Position numbers and translations under genes: made by a program. 64,000 nucleotides of DNA, taken from NCBI GenBank assembly GCA_964016885.1, contig CAXHJY010000096.1, positions 372,001 through 436,000 of the forward strand, given 5' to 3'. Positions 39,301 through 52,450 of this stretch are shown piece after piece. This DNA is from Eledone cirrhosa (Eukaryota). Every line of letters begins with the position of its first letter. Position 1 is the stretch's first letter. The notes beneath the pieces are model-generated. The model was given only the letters and a program-made list of their open reading frames with translations. It was not told the DNA's origin and did no database searches.

Positions 39301-42200
39301 GGGGAGATAATTTTTTTAAAAAAATCAGGCGGAGATAATTTGTATAAAAAAAATCAGGGGGAGATAATTTGTAAAAAAAAATCAGGGGGAGATAATTTGT
39401 AAAAAAAAATCAGGGGGAGATAATTTGTAAAAAAAATCAAGGGGAGATAATTTCCAGCCGTCCAAGGGAAGATAATTTCCAGCCGTCCAAGGGAAGATAA
39501 TTTCCAGGCCTCCAAGGGGCTATAATTTCCAGCGTCCAAGGGGAGATAATTTTTTTTTTTTAAATCAGGGGGAGATAATTTGTAAAAAAAATCAGGGGGA
39601 GATAATTTGTAAAAAAAATCAAGGGGAGATAATTTCCAGCCAAGGGGAGATAATTTCCAGCCGTCCAAGGGGAGATAATTTTTAAAAAAATCAGATGGAG
39701 ATAATTTGTAAAAATAATCAGGGGAAGATAATTTTTAAAAACAAAATCAAGGGCAGATAATTTCCAGCCGTCCAAGGGGAGATAATTTCCAGCAGTGCAA
39801 GGGGAGATAATTTCCAGCCGTCCAAGGGGAGATAATTTCCAACCTTCCAAGGGGAGATAATTTCCAGCCGTCCAAGGATAGATAATTTCCCGCCAGCCAA
39901 GGAGAGATAATATTTAAAAAAATCAGGCGGAGATAATTTGTAAAAAAAATCAGGGGGAGATAATTTGTAAAAAAAATCAGGGGGAGATAATTTGTAAAAA
40001 AAAATCAGGGGTAGATAATTTGTAAAAAAAAATCAGGGGGAGATAATTTGTAAAAAAAAAATCAGGGGGAGATAATTTGTAAAAAAATCAAGGGGAGATA
40101 ATTTCCAGCCGTTCAAGGGGAGATAATTTTCAGCCGTCCAAGGAGAGGTAATTTCTAGCCGTCCAAGGGGAGATAATTTCCAGCCGTCCAAGGGGAGATA
40201 ATTTTTTAAAAAAAATCAGGCGGAGATAATTTGTAAACAAAAATCAGGGGGAGATAATTTGTAAAAAAAATCAAGGGGAGATAATTTCCAGCCGTCCAAG
40301 GGGAGGTAATATCTAGCCATCCAAGGGGAGATAATTTCCAGCCGTCCAAGGGGAGATAATTTCCAGCCGTCCAAGGGGAGATAATTTCCAGCCGTCCAAG
40401 GAGACATATTTTCCAGCCGTCCAAGGAGAGGTAATTTCTAGCCGTCCAAGGGGAGATAAATTCCAGCCTCCAAGGGGAGATAATTTCCAGCCAGCCAAGG
40501 GGAGATAATTTGTAAAAAAATCAGGGGGAGATAATTTGTAAAAAAAAATCAGGGGGAGATAATTTGTAAAAAAAATCAGGGGGAGATAATTTGTAAAAAA
40601 AATCAGGGGGAGATAATTTGTAAAAAAAATCAAGGGGAGATAATTTCCAGACGTCCAAGGGGAGATAATTTTCAGTCGTCCAAGGAGAGGTAATTTCTAG
40701 CCGTCCAAGGAGAGATAATTTCCAGCCGTCCAAGGGGAGATAATTTCCAGCCGTCCAAGGGGAGATAATTTTTTTAAAAAAATCAGGCGGAGATAAGTTG
40801 TAAAAAAAAATCAGGGGGAGATAATTTGTAAAAAAAAATCAGGGGGAGATAATTTGTAAAAAAAAATCAGGGGGAGATAATTTGTAAAAAAAATCAAGGG
40901 GAGATAATTTCCAGCCGTCCAAGGGAAGATAATTTCCAGCCGTCCAAGGGGAGATAATTTCTAGCCGTCCAAGGGGAGATAATATTTAAAAAAAAATCAG
41001 GCGGAGATAAGTTGTAAAAAAAATCAGGGGGAGATAATTTGTAAAAAAAAATCAGGGGGAGATAATTTGTAAAAAAATCAAGGGGAGATAATTTCCAGCC
41101 GTCCAAGGGGAGATAATTTTCAGCCGTCCAAGGAGAGGTAATTTCTAGCCGTCCAAGGGGAGATAATTTCCAGCCGTCCAAGGGGAGATAATTTCCAGCC
41201 GTCTAAGGGGAGATAATTTTTTTAAAAAAATCAGGCGGAGATAATTTGTAAACAAAAATCAGGGGGAGATAATTTGTAAAAAAAAATCAGGGGGAGATAA
41301 TTTGTAAAAAAAAATCAGGGGGAGATAATTTGTAAAAAAAATCAAGGGGAGATAATTTCCAGCCGTCCAAGGGGAGGTAATATCTAGCCATCCAAGGGGA
41401 GATAATTTCCAGCCGTCCAAGGGGAGATAATTTCCAGCCGTCCAAGGGGAGATAATTTCCAGCCGTCCAAGGAGACATATTTTCCAGCCGTCCAAGGAGA
41501 GGTAATTTCTAGCCGTCCAAGGGGAGATAAATTCCAGCCTCCAAGGGGAGATAATTTCCAGCCAGCCAAGGGGAGATAATTTGTAAAAAAAATCAGGGGG
41601 AGATAATTTGTAAAAAAAAATCAGGGGGAGATAATTTGTAAAAAAAAATCAGGGGGAGATAATTTGTAAAAAAAATCAGGGGGAGATAATTTGTAAAAAA
41701 AATCAAGGGGAGTTAATTTCCAGCCGTCCAAGGGGAGATAATTTTCAGCCGTCCAAGGATAGGTAATTTCTAGCCGTCCAAGGAGAGATAATTTCCAGCC
41801 GTCCAAGGGGAGATAATTTCCAGCCGTCCAAGGGGAGATAATTTTTTTAAAAAAATCAGGCGGAGATAAGTTGTAAAAAAAAATCAGGGGGAGATAATTT
41901 GTAAAAAAAATCAGGGGGAGATAATTTGTAAAAAAAAATCAGGGGGAGATAATTTGTAAAAAAAATCAAGAGAAGATAATTTCCAGCCGTCCAAGGGAAG
42001 ATAATTTCCAGCCCTCCAAGGGGCTATAATTTCCAGCGTCCAAGGGGAGATAATTTCCAGCCGTCCAAGGGGAGATAATTTCCAGCCGTCCAAGGAGACA
42101 TATTTTCCAGCCGTCCAAGGAGAGGTAATTTCTAGCCGTCCAAGGGGAGATAAATTCCTGCCTCCAAGGGGAGATAATTTCCAGCCAGCCAAGGGGAGAT
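36320..42200 (+). repeat. Higher-order duplicate of ~17440-23370 (offset ~18,880, then ~18,826 bp)
   Basis: ORF offsets 17728>36608, 18564>37444, 18984>37864 (18,880), then 22068>40894 and 23085>41911 (18,826). Confidence 0.85.
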
Positions 42201-43619
42201 AATTTGTAAAAAAATCAGGGGGAGATAATTTGTAAAAAAAATCAGGGGGAGATAATTTGTAAAAAAAAATCAGGGGGAGATAATTTGTAAAAAAAAATCA
42301 GGGGAGATAATTTGTAAAAAAAATCAGGGGGAGATAATTTGTAAAAAAAAAATCAAGGGGAGATAATTTCCAGCCGTCCAAGGGGAGATAATTTTCAGCC
42401 GTCCAAGGAGAGGTAATTTCTAGCCGTCCAAGGAGAGATAATTTCCAGCCGTCCAAGGGGAGATAATTTCCAGCCGTCCAAGGGGAGATGATTTTTAAAA
42501 AAAAATCAGGCGGAGATAAGTTGTAAAAAAAAATCAGGGGGAGATAATTTGTAAAAAAAAATCAGGGGGAGATAATTTGTAAAAAAAAATCAGGGGGAGA
42601 TAATTTGTAAAAAAAATCAAGGGGAGATAATTTCCAGCCGTCCAAGGGAAGATAATTTCCAGCCCTCCAAGGGGCTATAATTTCCAGCGTCCAAGGGGAG
42701 ATAATTTCCAGCCGTCCAAAGAGAGATAATTTCTAGCCGTCCAAGGGGAGATAATTTCCAGCCTTCCAAGGGGAGATAATTTTTTTAAAAATCAGGTGGA
42801 GATAATTTGTGAAAAAAAATCAGTGGAAGATAATTTGTAAAAAGAAAATCAAGGGCAGATAATTTCCAGCCGTCCAAGGGGAGATAATTTCCCGCCAGCC
42901 AAGGGAAGATAATATTTAAAAAAATCAGGCGGAGATAATTTGTAAAAAAAATCAGGGGGAGGTAATTTGTAAAAAAATCAGGGGTAGATAATTTGTAAAT
43001 GAAAAATCAGGGGGAGATAATTTGTAAAAAGAAAATCAAGGGGAGATAATTTCCAGCCGTCCAAGGGGAGATAATTTCCCGCCAGCCAAGGAGAGATAAT
43101 ATTTAAAAAAATCAGGCGGAGATAATTTGTAAAAAAAATCAGGGGGAGATAATTTGTAAAAAAAATCAGGGGGAGATAATTTGTAAAAAAATCAGGGGGA
43201 GATAATTTGTAAAAAAAAAATCAGGGGGAGATAATTTGTAAAAAAAAATCAAGGGGAGATAATTTGTAAAAAAAAATCAGGGGGAGATAATTTGTAAAAA
43301 AAATCAGGGGGAGATAATTTGTAAAAAAAATCAGGGGGAGATAATTTGTAAAAAAAAATCAGGGGGAGATAATTTGTAAAAAAAAATCAGGGGGAGATAA
43401 TTTGTAAAAAAAATCAGGGGGAGATAATTTGTAAAAAAAATCAGGGGGAGATAATTTGTAAAAAAAATCAAGGGGAGATAATTTGCAGCCGTCCAAGGGG
43501 AGATAATTTTCAGCCGTCCAAGGAGAGGTAATTTCTAGCCGTCCAAGGGGAGATAATTTCCAGCCGTCCAAGGGGAGATAATTTCCAGCCGTCCAAGGGG
43601 AGATAATTTTTTTTTAAAA

Positions 43620-44700
43620 ATCAGGCGGAGATAATTTGTAAAAAAAAAAATCAGGGGGAGATAATTTGTAAAAAAAAATCAGGGGGAGATAATTTGTAAA
43701 AAAAAATCAGGGGGAGATAATTTGTAAAAAAAATCAAGGGGAGATAATTTCCAGCCGTCCAAGGGAATATAATTTCCAGCCCTCCAAGGGGCTATAATTT
43801 CCAGCGTCCAAGGGGAGATAATTTCCAGCCAGCGAAGGGGAGATAATTTTTTTTTTAAAAATCATGCGGGGATAATTTGTAAAAAAAATCAGGCGGAGAT
43901 AATTTGTAAAAAAAATCAAGGGGAGATAATTTCCAGCCGTCCAAAGAGAGATAATTTCTAGCCGTCCAAGGGGAGATAATTTCCAGCCGTCCAAGGGGAG
44001 ATAATTTCCCGCCAGCCAAGGGAAGATAATTTTTTAAAAAATCAGGCGGAGATTGTAAAAAAAATCAGGGGGAGATAATTTGTAAAAAAATCAGGGGGAG
44101 ATAATTTGTAAAAAAAAAATCAGGGGGAGATAATTTGTAAAAAAAAATCAGAGGGAGATAATTTGTAAAAAAAAATCAGGGGGAGATAATTTGTAAAAAA
44201 AATCAGGGGTAGATAATTTGTAAAAAAAATCAGGGGGAGATAATTTGTAAAAAAAAATCAGGGGGAGATAATTTGTAAAAAAAATCAAGGGGAGATAATT
44301 TCCAGCCGTCCAAGGGAAGATAATTTCCAGCCGTCCAAGGGAAGATAATTTCCAGCCCTCCAAGGGGCTATAATTTCCAGCGTCCAAGGGGAGATAATTT
44401 CCAGCCAGCGAAGGGGAGATAATTTTTTTTTTAAAAATCATGCGGGGATAATTTGTAAAAAAAATCAGGGGGAGATAATTTGTAAAAAAAATCAAGGGGA
44501 GATAATTTCTAGCCGTCCAAAGAGAGATAATTTCTAGCCGTCCAAGGGGAGATAATTTCCAGCCGTCCAAGGGGAGATAATTTCCCGCCAGCCAAAGGAA
44601 GATAATTTTTTAAAAAATCAGGCGGAGATTGTAAAAAAAATCAGGGGGAGATAATTTGTAAAAAAAATCAGGGGGAGATAATTTGTAAAAAAATCAGGGG
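43620..44700 (+). repeat. Imperfect tandem pair with 576-bp spacing (repeated at ~53.2/53.8 kb and ~63.3/63.9 kb)
   Basis: Marker TCATGCGGGG at 43862/44438, 53178/53754 and 63290/63866, each pair 576 bp apart. A single unpaired copy lies at 58219. Confidence 0.82.
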
Positions 44701-47700
44701 GAGATAATTTGTAAAAAAAATCAGGGGGAGATAATTTGTAAAAAAAAATCAGGGGGAGATAATTTGTAAAAAAAATCAGGGGGAGATAATTTGTAAAAAA
44801 AATCAGGGGGAGATAATTTGTAAAAAAAATCAAGGGGAGATAATTTGCAGCCGTCCAAGGGGAGATAATTTTCAGCCGTCCAAGGAGAGGTAATTTCTAG
44901 CCGTCCAAGGGGAGATAATTTCCAGCCGTCCAAGGGGAGATAATTTCCAGCCGTTCAAGGGGAGATAATTTTTTTAAAAAAATCAGGCGGAGATAATTTG
45001 TAAAAAAAGAATCAGGGGGAGATAATTTGTAAAAAAAAATCAGTGGGAGATAATTTGTAAAAAAAAATCAGGGGGAGATAATTTGTAAAAAAAAATCAGG
45101 GGGAGATAATTTGTAAAAAAATCAAGGGGAGATAATTTCCAGCCGGCCAAGGGGAGATAATTTTCAGCCGTCCAAGGAGAGGTAATTTCTAGCCGTCCAA
45201 GGGGAGATAATTTCCAGCCGTCCAAGGGGAGATAATTTCCAGCCGTCCAAGGGGAGATAATTTCCAGCCGTCCAAGGAGACATATTTTCCAGCCGTCCAA
45301 GGAGAGGTAATTTCTAGCCGTCCAAGGGGAGATAAATTCCTGCCTCCAAGGGGAGATAATTTCCAGCCAGCCAAGGGGAGATAATTTGTAAAAAAATCAG
45401 GGGGAGATAATTTGTAAAAAAAATCAGGGGGAGATAATTTGTAAAAAAAAATCAGGGGGAGATAATTTGTAAAAAAAAATCAGGGGAGATAATTTGTAAA
45501 AAAAATCAGGGGAAGATAATTTGTAAAAAAAATCAAGGGGAGATAATTTCCAGCCGTCCAAGGGGAGATAATTTTCAGCCGTCCAAGGAGAGGTAATTTC
45601 TAGCCGTCCAAGGAGAGATAATTTCCAGCCGTCCAAGGGGAGATAATTTCCAGCCTTCCAAGGGGAGATGATTTTTAAAAAAAAATCAGGCGGAGATAAG
45701 TTGTAAAAAAAAATCAGGGGTTGATAATTTGTAAAAAAAAATCAGGGGGAGATAATTTGTAAAAAAAAATCAGGGGGAGATAATTTGTAAAAAAAATCAA
45801 GGGGAGATAATTTCCAGCCGTCCAAGGGAAGATAATTTCCAGCCCTCCAAGGGGCTATAATTTCCAGCGTCCAAGGGGAGATAATTTCCAGCCAGCGAAG
45901 GGGGGATAATTTTTTAAAAAAAATCACTGGGATATTTGTAAAAAAAATCAGGGGGAGATAATTTGTAAAAAAAATCAAGGGGAGATAATTTCCAGCCGTC
46001 CAAAGAGAGATAATTTCTAGCCGTCCAAGGGGAGATAATCTCCAGCCTTCCAAGGGGAGATAATTTTTTAAAAAATCAGGTGGAGATAATTTGTAAAAAA
46101 AATCAGTGGAAGATAATTTGTAAAAACAAAATCAAGGGCAGATAATTTCCAGCCGTCCAAGGGGAGATAATTTCCCGCCAGCCAAGGGAAGATAATATTT
46201 AAAAAAATCAGGCGGAGATAATTTGTAAAAAAAATCAGGGGGAGATAATTTGTAAAAAAATCAGGGGGAGATAATTTGTAAAAGAAAAATCAGGGGGAGA
46301 TAATTTGTAAAAAAAATCAGGGGGAGATAATTTGTAAAAAAAATCAGGGGTAGATAATTTGTAAAAAAAAATCAGGGGGAGATAATTTGTAAAAAAAAAT
46401 CAGGGGGAGATAATTTGTAAAAAAAATCAAGGGGAGATAATTTGCAGCCGTCCAAGGGGAGATAATTTTCAGCCGTCCAAGGAGAGATAATTTCTAGCCG
46501 TCCAAGGGGAGATAATTTCCAGCCGTCCAAGGGGAGATAATTTCCAGCCGTCCAAGGGGAGATAATTTTTTTTAAAAAATCAAGCGGAGATAATTTGTAA
46601 AAAAAAAATCAGGGGGAGATAATTTGTAAAAAAAAATCAGGGGGAGATAATTTGTAAAAAAAAATCAGGGGGAGATAATTTGTAAAAAAAATCAAGGGGA
46701 GATAATTTCCAGCCGTCCAAGGGAAGATAATTTCCAGCCGTCCAAGGGAAGATAATTTCCAGCCCTCCAAGGGGCTATAATTTCCAGCGTCCAAGGGGAG
46801 ATAATTTCCAGCCAGCGAAGGGGAGATAATTTTTTTTTTAAAAATCAGGGGGAGATAATTTGTAAAAAAAATCAGGGGGAGATAATTTGTAAAAAAAAAT
46901 CAGGGGGAGATAATTTGTAAAAAAAAATCAGGGGGAGATAATTTGTAAAAAAAATCAAGGGGAGATAATTTCAAGCCGTGCAAGGGGAGATAATTTCCAG
47001 CCGTCCAAGGGGAGATAATTTACATCCTTCCAAGGGGAGATAATTTCCCGCCAGCCAAGGGAAGATAATTTTTAAAAAAATCAGGGGGAGATAATTTGTA
47101 AAAAAAAAATCAGGGGGAGATAATTTGTAAAAAAAAATCAAGGGGAGATAATTTGTAAAAAAAATCAGGGGGAGATAATTTGTACAAAAAAAATCAGGGG
47201 GAGATAATTTGTAAAAAAAAATCAAGGGGAGATAATTTGTAAAAAAAATCAGGGGGAGATAATTTGTAAAAAAATCAGGGGGAGATAATTTGTAAAAAAA
47301 TCAGGGGGAGATAATTTGTAAAAAAAAAATCAGGGGGAGATAATTTGTAAAAAAAATCAAGGGGAGATAATTTGTAAAAAAAAATCAGGGGGAGATAATT
47401 TGTAAAAAAAAATCAGGGGGAGATAATTTGTAAAAAAAATCAAGGGGAGATAATTTGCAGCCGTCCAAGGGGAGATAATTTTCAGCCGTCCAAGGAGAGA
47501 TAATTTCTAGCCGTCCAAGGGGAGATAATTTCCAGCCGTCCAAGGGGAGATAATTTCCAGCCGTCCAAGGGGAGATAATTTTTTTTAAAAAATCAAGCGG
47601 AGATAATTTGTAAAAAAAAAATCAGGGGGAGATAATTTGTAAAAAAAAATCAGGGGGAGATAATTTGTAAAAAAAAATCAGGGGGAGATAATTTGTAAAA

Positions 47701-49779
47701 AAAATCAAGGGGAGATAATTTCCAGCCGTCCAAGGGAAGATAATTTCCAGCCGTCCAAGGGAAGATAATTTCCAGCCCTCCAAGGGGCTATAATTTCCAG
47801 CGTCCAAGGGGAGATAATTTCCAGCCAGCGAAGGGGAGATAATTTTTTTTTTTTAAATCAGGGGGAGATAATTTGTAAAAAAAATCAGGGGGAGATAATT
47901 TGTAAAAAAAAATCAGGGGGAGATAATTTGTAAAAAAAAATCAGGGGGAGATAATTTGTAAAAAAAATCAAAGGGAGATAATTTCCAGCCGTGCAAGGGG
48001 AGATAATTTCCAGCCGTCCAAGGGGAGATAATTTACATCCTTCCAAGGGGAGATAATTTCCAGCCGTCCAAGGGGAGATAATTTCCCGCCAGCCAAGGGA
48101 AGATAATTTTTAAAAAAATCAGGGGGAGATAATTTGTAAAAAAAAAATCAGGGGGAGATAATTTGTAAAAAAAAATCAAGGGGAGATAATTTGTAAAAAA
48201 AATCAGGGGGAGATAATTTGTAAAAAAAATCAGGGGGAGATAATTTGTAAAAAAATCAGGGGGAGATAATTTGTAAAAAAAAAATCAGGGGGAGATAATT
48301 TGTAAAAAAAAATCAAGGGGAGATAATTTGTAAAAAAAAATCAGGGGGAGATAATTTGTAAAAAAAATCAGGGGGAGATAATTTGTAAAAAAATCAGGGG
48401 GAGATAATTTGTAAAAAAAAATCAGGGGGAGATAATTTGTAAAAAAAAATCAGGGGGAGATAATTTGTAAAAAAAATCAGGGGGAGATAATTTGTAAAAA
48501 AAATCAAGGGGAGATAATTTGCAGCCGTCCAAGGGGAGATAATTTTCAGCCGTCCAAGGAGAGGTAATTTCTAGCCGTCCAAGGGGAGATAATTTCCAGC
48601 CGTCCAAGGGGAGATAATTTCCAGCCGTCCAAGGGGAGATAATTTTTTTTTAAAAATCAGGCGGAGATAATTTGTAAAAAAAAAAATCAGGGGGAGATAA
48701 TTTGTAAAAAAAAATCAGGGGGAGATAATTTGTAAAAAAAAATCAGGGGGAGATAATTTGTAAAAAAAATCAAGGGGAGATAATTTGCAGCCGTCCAAGG
48801 GGAGATAATTTTCAGCCGTCCAAGGAGAGGTAATTTCTAGCCGTCCAAGGGGAGATAAATTCCAGCCTCCAAGGGGAGATAATTTCCAGCCAGCCAAGGG
48901 GAGATAATTTGTAAAAAAATCAGGGGGAGATAATTTGTAAAAAAAATCAGGGGGAGATAATTTGTAACAAAAAATCAGGGGGAGATAATTTGTAAAAAAA
49001 AATCAGGGGGAGATAATTTGTAAAAAAAATCAGGGGGAGATAATTTGTAAAGAAAATCAAGGGGAGTTAATTTCCAGCCGTCCAAGGGGAGATAATTTTC
49101 ATCCGTCCAAGGATAGGTAATTTCTAGCCGTCCAAGGAGAGATAATTTCCAGCCGTCCAAGGGGAGATAATTTCCAGCCGTCCAAGGGGAGATAATTTTT
49201 TTAAAAAAATCAGGCGGAGATAAGTTGTAAAAAAAATCAGGGGGAGATAATTTGTAAAAAAAAATCAGGGGGAGATAATTTGTAAAAAAAAATCAGGGGG
49301 AGATAATTTGTAAAAAAAATCAAGAGAAGATAATTTCCAGCCGTCCAAGGCAAGATAATTTCCAGCCCTCCAAGGGGCTATAATTTCCAGCGTCCAAGGG
49401 GAGATAATTTCCAGCCAGCGAAGGGGAGATAATTTTTAAAAAAAAATCAGTGGGAGATTTGTAAAAAAAATCAGGGGGAGATAATTTGTAAAAAAAATCA
49501 AGGGGAGATAATTTCCAGCCGTCCAAAGAGAGATAATTTCTAGCCGTCCAAGGGGAGATAATTTCCAGCCAAGGGGAGATAATTTCCAGCCGTCCAAGGG
49601 AAGATAATATTTAAAAAAATCAGGCGGAGATAATTTGTAAAAAAAATCAGGGGGAGATAATTTGTAAAAAAATCAGGGGGAGATAATTTGTAAAAGAAAA
49701 ATCAGGGGGAGATAATTTGTAAAAAAAATCAGGGGGAGATAATTTGTAAAAAAAATCAGGGGTAGATAATTTGTAAAAA

Positions 49780-52450
49780 AAAATCAGGGGGAGATAATTT
49801 GTAAAAAAAAATCAGGGGGAGATAATTTGTAAAAAAAATCAAGGGGAGATAATTTGCAGCCGTCCAAGGGGAGATAATTTTCAGCCGTCCAAGGAGAGAT
49901 AATTTCTAGCCGTCCAAGGGGAGATAATTTCCAGCCGTCCAAGGGGAGATAATTTCCAGCCGTCCAAGGGGAGATAATTTTTTTTAAAAAATCAAGCGGA
50001 GATAATTTGTAAAAAAAAAATCAGGGGGAGATAATTTGTAAAAAAAAATCAGGGGGAGATAATTTGTAAAAAAAAATCAGGGGGAGATAATTTGTAAAAA
50101 AAATCAAGGGGAGATAATTTCCAGCCGTCCAAGGGAAGATAATTTCCAGCCGTCCAAGGGAAGATAATTTCCAGCCCTCCAAGGGGCTATAATTTCCAGC
50201 GTCCAAGGGGAGATAATTTCCAGCCAGCGAAGGGGAGATAATTTTTTTTTTAAAAATCAGGGGGAGATAATTTGTAAAAAAAATCAGGGGGAGATAATTT
50301 GTAAAAAAAAATCAGGGGGAGATAATTTGTAAAAAAAAATCAGGGGGAGATAATTTGTAAAAAAAATCAAGGGGAGATAATTTCCAGCCGTGCAAGGGGA
50401 GATAATTTCCAGCCGTCCAAGGGGAGATAATTTACATCCTTCCAAGGGGAGATAATTTCCAGCCGTCCAAGGGGAGATAATTTCCCGCCAGCCAAGGGAA
50501 GATAATTTTTAAAAAAATCAGGGGGAGATAATTTGTAAAAAAAAAATCAGGGGGAGATAATTTGTAACAAAAAATCAAGGGGAGATAATTTGTAAAAAAA
50601 ATCAGGGGGAGATAATTTGTAAAAAAAATCAGGGGGAGATAATTTGTAAAAAAATCAGGGGGAGATAATTTGTAAAAAAAAATCAGGGGGAGATAATTTG
50701 TAAAAAAAAATCAAGGGGAGATAATTTGTAAAAAAAAATCAGGGGGAGATAATTTGTAAAAAAAAATCAGGGGGAGATAATTTGTAAAAAAAATCAAGGG
50801 GAGATAATTTGCAGCCGTCGAAGGGGAGATAATTTTCAGCCGTCCAAGGAGAGATAATTTCTAGCCGTCCAAGGGGAGATAATTTCCAGCCGTCCAAGGG
50901 GAGATAATTTCCAGCCGTCCAAGGGGAGATAATTTTTTTTAAAAAATCAAGCGGAGATAATTTGTAAAAAAAAAATCAGGGGGAGATAATTTGTAAAAAA
51001 AAATCAGGGGGAGATAATTTGTAAAAAAAAATCAGGGGGAGATAATTTGTAAAAAAAATCAAGGGGAGATAATTTCCAGCCGTCCAAGGGAAGATAATTT
51101 CCAGCCGTCCAAGGGAAGATAATTTCCAGCCCTCCAAGGGGCTATAATTTCCAGCGTCCAAGGGGAGATAATTTCCAGCCAGCGAAGGGGAGATAATTTT
51201 TTTTTAAAAAATCAGGGGGAGATAATTTGTAAAAAAAATCAGGGGGAGATAATTTGTAAAAAAAAATCAGGGGGAGATAATTTGTAAAAAAAAATCAGGG
51301 GGAGATAATTTGTAAAAAAAATCAAGGGGAGATAATTTCCAGCCGTGCAAGGGGAGATAATTTCCAGCCGTCCAAGGGGAGATAATTTACATCCTTCCAA
51401 GGGGAGATAATTTCCAGCCGTCCAAGGGGAGATAATTTCCCGCCAGCCAAGGGAAGATAATTTTTAAAAAAATCAGGGGGAGATAATTTGTAAAAAAAAA
51501 ATCAGGGGGAGATAATTTGTAACAAAAAATCAAGGGGAGATAATTTGTAAAAAAAATCAGGGGGAGATAATTTGTAAAAAAAATCAGGGGGAGATAATTT
51601 GTAAAAAAATCAGGGGGAGATAATTTGTAAAAAAAAATCAGGGGGAGATAATTTGTAAAAAAAAATCAAGGGGAGATAATTTGTAAAAAAAAATCAGGGG
51701 GAGATAATTTGTAAAAAAAAATCAGGGGGAGATAATTTGTAAAAAAAATCAAGGGGAGATAATTTGCAGCCGTCGAAGGGGAGATAATTTTCAGCCGTCC
51801 AAGGAGAGATAATTTCTAGCCGTCCAAGGGGAGATAATTTCCAGCCGTCCAAGGGGAGATAATTTCCAGCCGTCCAAGGGGAGATAATTTTTTTTAAAAA
51901 ATCAAGCGGAGATAATTTGTAAAAAAAAAATCAGGGGGAGATAATTTGTAAAAAAAAATCAGGGGGAGATAATTTGTAAAAAAAAATCAGGGGGAGATAA
52001 TTTGTAAAAAAAATCAAGGGGAGATAATTTCCAGCCGTCCAAGGGAAGATAATTTCCAGCCGTCCAAGGGAAGATAATTTCCAGCCCTCCAAGGGGCTAT
52101 AATTTCCAGCGTCCAAGGGGAGATAATTTCCAGCCAGCGAAGGGGAGATAATTTTTTTTTATAAAATCAGGGGGAGATAATTTGTAAAAAAAATCAGGGG
52201 GAGATAATTTGTAAAAAAAAATCAGGGGGAGATAATTTGTAAAAAAAAATCAGGGGGAGATAATTTGTAAAAAAAATCAAGGGGAGATAATTTCCAGCCG
52301 TGCAAGGGGAGATAATTTCCAGCCGTCCAAGGGGAGATAATTTACATCCTTCCAAGGGGAGATAATTTCCAGCCGTCCAAGGGGAGATAATTTCCCGCCA
52401 GCCAAGGGAAGATAATTTTTAAAAAAATCAGGGGGAGATAATTTGTAAAA
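49780..52450 (+). repeat. Tandem 955-bp unit x~3
   Basis: ORFs at 50021, 50976, 51931. Variant GTCGAAGG at 50817 and 51772. Confidence 0.92.
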
